From positions 1-32,000 of the forward strand of contig MTSL01000146.1 in NCBI GenBank assembly GCA_002794465.1: a DNA stretch of 32,000 bases. Direction: 5' to 3'. Below the pieces are notes generated by a model. The model was not told where the DNA came from, did no database searches, and saw only the letters and a list, made by a program, of their open reading frames with translations. The translations under genes were made by a program, and so were the position numbers. The stretch is from Paramicrosporidium saccamoebae KSL3. Taxonomy: Eukaryota; Fungi; Cryptomycota. Positions 11,107-18,993 of the stretch are shown piece after piece; the stretch's first letter is position 1; each line of letters opens with the position of its first letter.

Positions 11107-12510
11107 TTATTCCCAATACTTTATCGTTCCGTCCCAACTACAAGACGCCATTCTACTTGCATGCTGGGGATTCCATTCCACACCAATACAGACTTGCGGA
11201 TGTGCATCTAGTCTTCTTACCTGTTGGCCGTTCTGCCAGTTCCACACCATCACCTGGCCCCGTCCATCGCCAGAGCAAATGTAACGTCCATCGGGCGAAA
11301 AGTTGACCTGGCACGCATATCCCGAGGTGGAATGTCCAATGAACCGTTTGTTACGCGGAGTCAAGAGATCGTGCAGCGAATAAATCTGAATCTGATTAGC
11401 TAATGATTGGAATGCAAGAAACGGTTCAGTAGGATGATGCGCAACATATGGCATGCTTTGCATTTCTGGATCGCTGATTGTCTTGACTGAATTTCCGTTT
11501 CCGTATTCCCAGACGCGAAGTGTGCGGTCATCGCTCGATGTTACAAAGTTGCGTCCCTCGTTGAAGAAGGTAATTGTGTTGATTGCGCCGTTGTGTTGAC
11601 TGTATTCCAGGACGAGTTCGTCGGCGCGGATGTCCCACTGCAGCACCTTTTTATCAGCAGTTCCCACGAGCATGATATTGGGGTCGTCGGGATGGGTCCG
11701 GACACAGTATGGGATGGTGCTGTATTCTTTGCCAAAAATGCATTTTCCCGTCTCAGTGTCCCATTGTTTGTAGGATCGGTCATAGGAGCAACTGACAAAT
11801 TTGCCTCCATCTGAGCTAAAGTTGACCTCACGCACCGGCTTGTTGTGTCCATAGAATGTCCGGATACACTCTCGTTCGCCATATACATTCCACAGCTTGA
11901 TCCGCTGGTCCTGTGCGGCAGACAAGAGTAAATGTCCCGTCTTTGGGATGAATCGAATAGAATTTACCCCCTTTGTGTGGCCTGTCCAAGTGTGGATGAG
12001 CCGTTTGGGAGCGAAACAGTCAAATGTCTCCTTGTCAAAGGACATGCCCTCCTCATGTGGAGGCGACATGTACGACCGACCCAAATAGTCTCTCTCCTCT
12101 TTGCCGTGAAAAACGGAGCGTTCCTGTCCTAATGCAACATGCCCACTAAGAGTGGCTGGCACAAAGCGCGATTTTTCTGTCAAAAACTTGTTCATCTCTT
12201 CCTCACTTGGCTGCGTCACGGCCTCCTCGCCCTTATTTTCTCCCACAAAGCCAGCCCACGGACCACGGAAGCCTTCAACATTGGCAGGGTCGCCGCGTTC
12301 AAGACGATGTTTCTTGGGCCGTTTGGCCTCGGCGTGCTTCTGACGTTCATGAAGACGACGCTGTTTTTCAAAATCGGCATTACTTAGCTCGACCGGTTCG
12401 ACCTTTCCTGCCAGAGTTACAGTCGTCTTGCTCTTTGGCTGCGTAGTACTAGAAATCTACAATAATAAGACCAAAACATACTAAAATACCAATTGGTCAT
12501 CATCACCCAT
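11107..12510 (-). CDS. CDC40: Pre-mRNA splicing factor Prp17/Cdc40 (~456 aa); exons 12510-12490 and 12456-11107
   Basis: GFRGPWAGF, GQERSVFHG, APKRLIHTWTGHTKGV, WD40s ending SCSWDGTIKYWE. A 33-nt GT-AG intron (12489-12457) links MGDDDQL to the long frame; the track start is GTG. Confidence 0.93.
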
Positions 12511-12541
12511 ACCGATCCCCGGCCTTATGAGATTGAGTGTT

Positions 12542-12633
12542 GAGTTTCGAGTTTTGAGCGGTGAGGTTGAGAGTTAAGCGTCGAGTTCCGAGTTTTGAGC
12601 GATGAGGGTGGTGAAAGTTGAGTGTCGAGTTGA
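12542..12633 (+). repeat. ~41-44-bp degenerate tandem repeat (2+ copies) immediately upstream of CDC40
   Basis: gagtt(t/c)cgagttttgagcg(g/a)tgagg at 12542 and 12583; partial third gagttga at 12627. Confidence 0.75.
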
Positions 12634-12802
12634 ATATAGAGGCTCCTTATGGGGGTGTATTAGACGTATATAAATCCTTTCAGATTTGTGCCGTTTATAA
12701 ATAATTACTCTCAACACATTGAATATTCTGATCAGGATCGCCAATAGGCACAAAGGCAGAGATTGTCGTATTGTAATGTATAGGATTCGCAACCTTGTGT
12801 CG

Positions 12803-12986
12803 CGTAGTGGGATAATACCACGGCCCAGTTTAGGCGAGAAGAGAATTTATTCAGTCAATCCAACGACCCTTTTATAGTCTCCCAAATGGTAAAGATCTTA
12901 TTATCCTTCATCGATTGTTCTGATTATCCTTCTCCAAACTAGGGAACTATTTCCAAAAGACATACTAATCAGTCTTCTACGTCACA
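12803..12986 (+). repeat. Dispersed repeat family, locus C
   Basis: 12803-12913 is collinear with inverted locus B; 12964-12986 matches locus A 4808-4830. Confidence 0.9.
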
Positions 12987-13108
12987 ACATGATGCATTAT
13001 CCATGGTAACCCAGCTATATCACCCATGACAACCAAAGACCATAGATACCATCCATGGCAACGCATCGTTGCGTATATTTTCGCATTGTGCGCCATTCGC
13101 AAACAACC

Positions 13109-13729
13109 ATGCTGCTTTTTGCTGCACTTTTCCTCTTCTCTGTTGTTGTGGGCGAGGAGCAGATTACCAACCCATACCTCATCAACCCGTTGGAATTGCA
13201 TGGAACGACACAATATCTCGTGTTTCATGGCAATTTGCGCTCAAACTATACATATGCAAGGACACGCTGCGTTGCCCTCGGCGGCGATCTCGTTGATGTG
13301 GACACTTTGGAGAATCTGCAATATTTGACGGCAAGGATCCACGGACCTGCGTTCATTTCTGGTTTTCTGGGAGACCATTTTGGGGACGAGTGCGCCGCTA
13401 TTTATCCAGGAGGAGCGGTGGCAATTCCGGAGCACGAGTGCAGATCCCGACTCGACAGTATCTGTGAGGTACCAGTGTTGGGAACCGGTGCGATCCATCT
13501 TGGCGCAGTAAGAGACTATTTGGGCGACAAGGACCACGAGTTGGCCGTACTGCCCGGCACCAAAGCTGATTTTCATGTGGTTCCCAAGGGCTTCTTCCGG
13601 CTGGCGGCTGACGGCGGTAATTTTGTAGTCGCTGCCAAACAGAATGGCGTAGTTACCACGACGATTAACATTTACGGCTCAATTGCTACGAACCCTGTGC
13701 TACCGTGTTGCAAGTGCTGCGGTCTATAA
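13109..13729 (+). CDS. Secreted C-type lectin-like domain protein (~206 aa) with Cys-rich C-terminus
   Basis: Signal peptide MLLFAALFLFSVVVG from ATG 13109; CTLD pattern ARTRCVALGGDLVDVDTLENLQYL...FISG...CAAI...C...SICE; tail PCCKCCGL. Confidence 0.75.
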   Translation: MLLFAALFLFSVVVGEEQITNPYLINPLELHGTTQYLVFHGNLRSNYTYARTRCVALGGDLVDVDTLENLQYLTARIHGPAFISGFLGDHFGDECAAIYPGGAVAIPEHECRSRLDSICEVPVLGTGAIHLGAVRDYLGDKDHELAVLPGTKADFHVVPKGFFRLAADGGNFVVAAKQNGVVTTTINIYGSIATNPVLPCCKCCGL

Positions 13730-13816
13730 CTACCCGGTGCATATGTCTGGCGCATAGACCCATAACTTTACTAGCTTCGACTAAAGTGTACTAAATCCAA
13801 CCTTTTTATTCCACCT

Positions 13817-14851
13817 CTAGTTGTAATTTACCTCTGGATCCGTCATATGCAGCGCATACGACAGTGCAATATTTACAAATTCTTTCACATAGTCGAAATT
13901 GACAGTCTTTGCTAAAGTATGGGAACGTCTTTTCGTCATGGTTCCTGAAGAGAGCCCTGCCACTGGATATCCGGCAACATGCCAGCTGTAGTAGTCACTA
14001 CATGCGTATCCACATTTTATGTTTCTCACGGGCAGTGTGCTATAAGACCCGATGAGTATTTGAAGGAGCCTGTTCATCCGACGATCCGTGTTATCTCTAA
14101 TCAGGCCAATGGCTGCCTCTGCGCCCGAAGCCGTGTGAGAATCAATGTCAGTGTGCAGCACTGCAGCTGAGATGTTCTTCTTTTGGTAATGACGGATGAC
14201 ACTCTGGCTGCCGAGGAGACCGGCCTTTTCAGCCGAAAAGAAGAGGAATTCGATTGGACGGGTTATTTGTACGGCGGTGGAGGCGACCAGACGGAGGACC
14301 TCTAATTGAGCGACCACACTAGCACCGCCGTTAATAGGGGCGCTCAAAATGACACGATCCATCTTGTCCAAGGACATGTTCTTGTCAGGCGATTCTATTC
14401 GACAAGAAATGCTAAATTGAGGTCGCCCTTTGTGAATGATGCGCTGCGTGGTCACCCTCATGGGCGAATTCTTGGTTAGATGCCTGATCATCCGGAAAAG
14501 CCATTCTGTAGGCTCTCTTCCAGTTGTTGCTTTGCTGCGAGAACTGGCCAACTTGTTAGAATGCTTCTTCATCAGCTCCTTGTCAATGTCATCGATTAGG
14601 GTCCGGATCGTTGAGGCACGATGCTCTCGAAGCTTTGTGGGAAGTTTGGCCTTGGGAAGACTGTCACTTTTCTGCAACTCTGGACCATAGCTGATATCCA
14701 TAAACGGCGCATTACGTACAATGAGATCTTGCACCTCATCATCGTTCAGCTCCAATACTTCAAATTCCGTTTTTATCAGTCTCTTCCCGGGTTCTACCCT
14801 TGATGCCACAGTCAAGCAACTGAATAGTGATAGCAGGCTAGCGGCCCTCAT
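13817..14851 (-). CDS. M28 (leucyl aminopeptidase Lap1-like) family protein, probably catalytically degenerate; alternative ATG at 14887
   Basis: Signal-like MRAASLLSLFSCLTVA; FMDIS pro-region; IEFLFFSAEKAGLLGSQ; KCGYACSDYYSW; AGYPVA; several Zn ligands missing. Confidence 0.85.
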   Translation of the reverse strand: MRAASLLSLFSCLTVASRVEPGKRLIKTEFEVLELNDDEVQDLIVRNAPFMDISYGPELQKSDSLPKAKLPTKLREHRASTIRTLIDDIDKELMKKHSNKLASSRSKATTGREPTEWLFRMIRHLTKNSPMRVTTQRIIHKGRPQFSISCRIESPDKNMSLDKMDRVILSAPINGGASVVAQLEVLRLVASTAVQITRPIEFLFFSAEKAGLLGSQSVIRHYQKKNISAAVLHTDIDSHTASGAEAAIGLIRDNTDRRMNRLLQILIGSYSTLPVRNIKCGYACSDYYSWHVAGYPVAGLSSGTMTKRRSHTLAKTVNFDYVKEFVNIALSYALHMTDPEVNYN

Positions 14852-15081
14852 CACACAAGTGTCCTTGTCCAATCGCCTCATGTCCATGAAGCATTTTTCA
14901 TTCCTCGTTACTATTTTTAGTTAGACAGTCCAATCAAACGGAAGATTTAATTAGCAAATAATAGGACAATAGACGGCAATCTTGACAACTGGATAAAAGT
15001 TGAATGCGAGAGACCTTGATGGGTCGAGGTGGCCCATGTGGATTATTAAACGTGGCTAGCTAGCCCACCACGTATCACTGT

Positions 15082-15540
15082 CTATAGGCCGTGCTCCAAA
15101 TCCATCTCCATCCAGTCATGGAACCGATCGCCGAGGCTTTGTTTGCCCTCTGGAACCACCGCTCTTCCGTTTCCTGATATATTCTTGGTTGTGGCAGGGA
15201 CCTTTACGTCCTCTTGTAAAGTTGGTGTCCCGGGACTCTCCTTGGTGAGGCTAGGAACAGTGGCACTCGGCGCGGGTGATGGCGTTGCCGAGCTGCGGGG
15301 CGGATACCGCGCCAGTGCAATTTCAAACTTGACAGTATCCATTAAAGTACTTTCTCAAAGAGCGTTTTGTGACGTTGGTGTCTCTCTAGTGCCTATCTGA
15401 GGTGAATCTGAAACAGTTCTGACGAATGAGATATCTTTCAACCTTGGCTTCCGCGCTCCCGATTGGTCACTACGCTGGTCCGGCAACTTTATGGGATTGG
15501 CCGCTTGAGCAGTAGTAAGTGCCAAATTTGAGTAGAACAT
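15082..15540 (-). CDS. Hypothetical low-complexity protein; two in-frame ORFs separated by a single TGA
   Basis: ORF 15540-15355 and ORF 15342-15082 share a frame (QNAL*ESTLMDTV); Pro/Ser/Thr-rich; no homology recognised. Confidence 0.3.
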
Positions 15541-15669
15541 TATTGTGTGACCATATAGGCGCTGGATTTAGGTGGAGCATTATTGTGAGACCATATAGGT
15601 ACTGGATTTGAGTGTAATATTATTGTGAGACCACATAGGTGCTGAATTTGAGCGGGACATTGTGAGACC
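15520..15669 (+). repeat. 40-bp minisatellite, ~3.5 copies
   Basis: TATTGTG(T/A)GACCA(T/C)ATAGG at 15541, 15581 and 15621 (exact 40-bp period); partial units at 15520 and 15659. Confidence 0.92.
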
Positions 15670-15806
15670 GCCATATCAGCTATCTATGGGCGGCCACTCT
15701 CAACACGCCGGATTGGGTATATGGATAGATATTCTGATTGGGGTTGCCAATAGACAGCGAATATTATCTTACAATAAGATTATCAGATTTCTTTGACAAT
15801 TCTGTA

Positions 15807-17003
15807 ATGGTGAATTCTTTTCATGGAAACTCTTTCCCAAAGCTGCCGCAAGTGGGCGACATATTGATATATGACTGCCGGTCTGCGGAACAGAAAAGGA
15901 TCAAGCTGTCAGCCAAGAAAATCCCCATTCCCGTGACCCTAAAGTGCATCCAGTGGAACATTGAGCGTGGTTATAAACTCAATGACGTTATTACGGCGCT
16001 AAAGAGCCACCGTGCCGATATCATTTGTCTCCAAGAACTGGACATTCATTGCGAGCGCTCGGATAATAGAAACTGCGCGTTGGAGATAGCGGAGGCATTG
16101 CAGATGAAGTGCGCCTTTGTGACCGAATATGAAGAGTTTCATTCTCCGTTACGCAGACCCCATCTCCAGGGCGGCGGCGTACATGGCAACGCGATTCTCA
16201 GTCGATTTGACTTTGAGCCGCGTAGCTGGCCACACCACCACCAACCTGTGGACTGGGACCGAGAAGGCCCCCTAATAGGCGAGCCGCGTCGTGGAGCCCG
16301 GGTTGTTCTTGCTGCTGATATACATGTGCCGGGACTGGATTCGCCCGTGCTCTGCTACTCGCTTCACTTTGAAGTGTTTACTGGCATTTTTGGGAGACTG
16401 CGGCAACTGGCTGATGTGTTTGCCCATTCAAAGATCAACCAAGAGCGGACTCCAAGGCAGCTTATTTTCGGCGATCTAAATACAATGGCACATGGAATTG
16501 CACGACTCTCGTCCATGTACTGTCGCGATGGAATGCGGCTGGGATCCCTTGGATATTCTGAGGCGGCCTGGTGGCAGAAGCATATTTTGTCATATACCCA
16601 GAATAGTCCCAACTCGGAAAAGTACCGTGGATCGCCCTTGAGCGATGAGGAAATGTCTTCTTTGATCAACCCCTACTTTTATGATCCATTCAGTGTCACA
16701 AAGGATACGACGTTACAGGGATATAGCGGAACATTTGCTGGTAAATTGGACTGGACAATGTTGAGGGGCTGGCACGTTTTGGGAAAGGGCATGGACAATC
16801 ATCACTACAAATGGTCCGATCACAAATTGCTCTATGTCATTCTGAGACCTGTCCTGGACGATGAAGGCGACATTGGCAAGGTGGCCTATGATGAATATCA
16901 TGTGCCCCTGGATCATGGTCGAAGAATGTCCTATCAGGCGGTCATGTTGGGAGCCGTGCTTGGTATTGCCTCAGTTAGTCTGGTTAGGCTATTTTATAAA
17001 TGA
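15807..17003 (+). CDS. Endonuclease/exonuclease/phosphatase (EEP) family protein with C-terminal hydrophobic anchor (~398 aa)
   Basis: QWNIERG, DIICLQELD, GNAILS, IFGDLNT, KLDW and SDH catalytic motifs; the track start is TTG, first ATG is 15807. Confidence 0.88.
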   Translation: MVNSFHGNSFPKLPQVGDILIYDCRSAEQKRIKLSAKKIPIPVTLKCIQWNIERGYKLNDVITALKSHRADIICLQELDIHCERSDNRNCALEIAEALQMKCAFVTEYEEFHSPLRRPHLQGGGVHGNAILSRFDFEPRSWPHHHQPVDWDREGPLIGEPRRGARVVLAADIHVPGLDSPVLCYSLHFEVFTGIFGRLRQLADVFAHSKINQERTPRQLIFGDLNTMAHGIARLSSMYCRDGMRLGSLGYSEAAWWQKHILSYTQNSPNSEKYRGSPLSDEEMSSLINPYFYDPFSVTKDTTLQGYSGTFAGKLDWTMLRGWHVLGKGMDNHHYKWSDHKLLYVILRPVLDDEGDIGKVAYDEYHVPLDHGRRMSYQAVMLGAVLGIASVSLVRLFYK

Positions 17004-17258
17004 ACGAGGATTAAAATAAAGACCATGCTAATGAGCGAGAGCAAAAGTTTTTTACCAGAGTATGTGGCACCTGGCCTACCATTCTCACTTAATGCACCCG
17101 ATTGTGGGACATGGCACTACTAAGATTACCAACCATGAATGAGGGCACTGGTTAACGGAACGTTTATTGGTATATACGATCTATTGTAGATCATTTTTCA
17201 TTTTTTGCCTTTTTGTACTTCACACTTTTGCTCTAGATATAAATTTATAGAACACAAA

Positions 17259-17963
17259 CTAGGCCATTGTGGGTAGCGGAAGGATGGTAACGATTGCAGA
17301 AATGACACCAAACAGTCCGATGGCGCTGGCGAAAATTTCAATAATCAGAATCTTGACAAACAAGGACGGATTCTGCGCATCTGCAATCACTGCACTACTG
17401 CCAATCAGGCCGACTGCGAGCGCACAGGAAAACTCGGCTATCCCCACCGTCACACCGGCCCAGAAGATGGCATATCCAATGTGGCAATTCTGGGGCGTTG
17501 CACTGGAATATTGTGCCAGCTTGCCGCTCATGATAACGTTGGTAATAATTCCATAAATAGCCACCGCTTCGCATAGCAAAACGCTGATGAGGTTCTTGGT
17601 GCGGACGCGAGGAACTTTGACTGTGGTGCCGAGCAGGGTGCTACCAATAGTAAAGATGCCCCTAGGGATGAGTAACAGGACGAAAGTGTACCATCCAGCT
17701 CCCAAGGCAGACAAGGAGAGGGAAATAGCCAGTCCTAGGGAGCCCCAAATGTATGGCGAAATTCCTAGGATGAACCGTCCAACTATGAACTGGGTATCCG
17801 GGCGGGTCAGCGTGTCCACCGTAATGTAAACGACCAACGCAATGATTAATATTCCCAGTATCCAGTAGTATAGCGAGTACCAGGAGTAGTATGACTGTGG
17901 ACTGGGAGCCTCGCTCTCGGGAGCAACCATTTCAGCGGGTGGTCTGTATCCAACACCACTCAT
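17259..17963 (-). CDS. VMA16: V-ATPase proteolipid subunit c'' (~224 aa); intron 17691-17662
   Basis: GAGW|GIF after removing the 30-nt intron; PRVRTKNLISVLLCEAVAIYG (TM Glu); DAQNPSLFVKILIIEIFASAIGLFG. Confidence 0.94.
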   Translation of the reverse strand: MSGVGYRPPAEMVAPESEAPSPQSYYSWYSLYYWILGILIIALVVYITVDTLTRPDTQFIVGRFILGISPYIWGSLGLAISLSLSALGAGWYTFVLLLIPRGIFTIGSTLLGTTVKVPRVRTKNLISVLLCEAVAIYGIITNVIMSGKLAQYSSATPQNCHIGYAIFWAGVTVGIAEFSCALAVGLIGSSAVIADAQNPSLFVKILIIEIFASAIGLFGVISAIVTILPLPTMA

Positions 17964-18000
17964 CCTCGACTTTAACACGTAAATATTTTCGTTTCATTTA

Positions 18001-18344
18001 TTATTTTGGCAGCGCCTTGTCAATGTAGTCCTGCACAGTCTTGACACACTTGATCTGGGATTTGTTTGCAGTATGTGATACATATGGTTTTAGGGTAAAG
18101 TTGGTGAGATCGGGGATCATGAATTGTCTAATCTTTTTTGGGTCGAGAATGTAATGTGCTCCCTGGTAATGCCCGAGAGAGCCAGTTCCAGAACCTGAAA
18201 GTGTCAAACGTATGAGGCAACTCAGATACCCTTATAGTACTGCTTATTTCCATGCTTGGCAGGCATTCGACCCCTCCGCATCCAACGAACAAAAATGTGC
18301 TGTGATTTTAACTGTAGACCGTCCAGCGACTGCAGCAGCTTCAT
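18001..18344 (-). CDS. MRPL27: Mitochondrial ribosomal protein mL41 (~102 aa); intron 18229-18195
   Basis: KHGNKQYYKG|SGTGSLGH...YILDPKKIRQFMIPDL...LKPYVS; the 35-nt GT-AG intron joins the two track ORFs. Confidence 0.88.
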
Positions 18345-18519
18345 AAGATTTCCGAAATGTATTAATGTTAAATTGGCGCGTATCAGGCATAGGTGTTGAC
18401 GCGCGAGAGTATGAGGTGGAGTTGAATTTATCAGTCTCTCAACCATCGTGGGCAAGTTATTGTTGGGCTATAGTATCAATTATCTATCTATTCTAAAGTA
18501 TCTACCCAATGGCCAGTGT

Positions 18520-18879
18520 TTATAGAGACTCGGTTACTATTACATCGCCACTTTGGATTGCCTCATTGATATCGCGGGCACCCATGCTTTTCAATTCAGC
18601 TACGCGACGCCGATCGTTATGGCGCCTTGTCATAAAGTGCTCTGCCTACAAAATCTAGTACAACAGCACAGTTACCCATGAACTTGGACAGGCTTCTTTT
18701 AGCATTGATTTTAGTTCAGCACAAGCTGACACATCTTCCCCAGCTTCCCCGCCTTCTCCAGCTTTCCCATTCTGAACTGTATCATCAAGACACGCGAATA
18801 GTTTGTCGCGCACTGCCCAACATTTCTGTCGACTGGCTTTGTCCAAAGGACGATAATTCAAGTTGTCCGGGTCGGACAT
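18520..18879 (-). CDS. COA6: Cytochrome c oxidase assembly factor Coa6/Cox6b-like twin-Cys protein (~109 aa); intron 18675-18646
   Basis: RQKCWAVRDKLFAC (CX9C) and CAELKSMLKEACPSSW|AEHFMTRR (CX10C, W..F..RR) after removing the 30-nt intron. Confidence 0.85.
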
Positions 18880-18993
18880 TCCAACAAACCACGCCAGCCA
18901 ATCAAATCATCAGCCAGGGTTTCCGAGGAATTTACCAGCTTTCTTAGTCCCGGGGGCCAGTGAGGTCAATTAGCGCTAAATCTCCATCTCATA

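Noticed and set aside
13706-13729. CCGL as a CaaX prenylation motif on the lectin
   Set aside because: Incompatible with an N-terminal secretion signal, and Gly at a2 is unfavourable; disulfide use is more likely.
15050-15073. Palindrome GGCTAGCTAGCC flanked by ACGTGG/CCACGT as a terminator or element end
   Set aside because: A single short palindrome with no second copy in the window; intrinsic terminators are not expected in a eukaryote.
15520-15669. CRISPR-like repeat-spacer array
   Set aside because: The variable part is only ~8 bp, the repeats are degenerate, there are no cas genes and the context is eukaryotic. The same applies to locus A.
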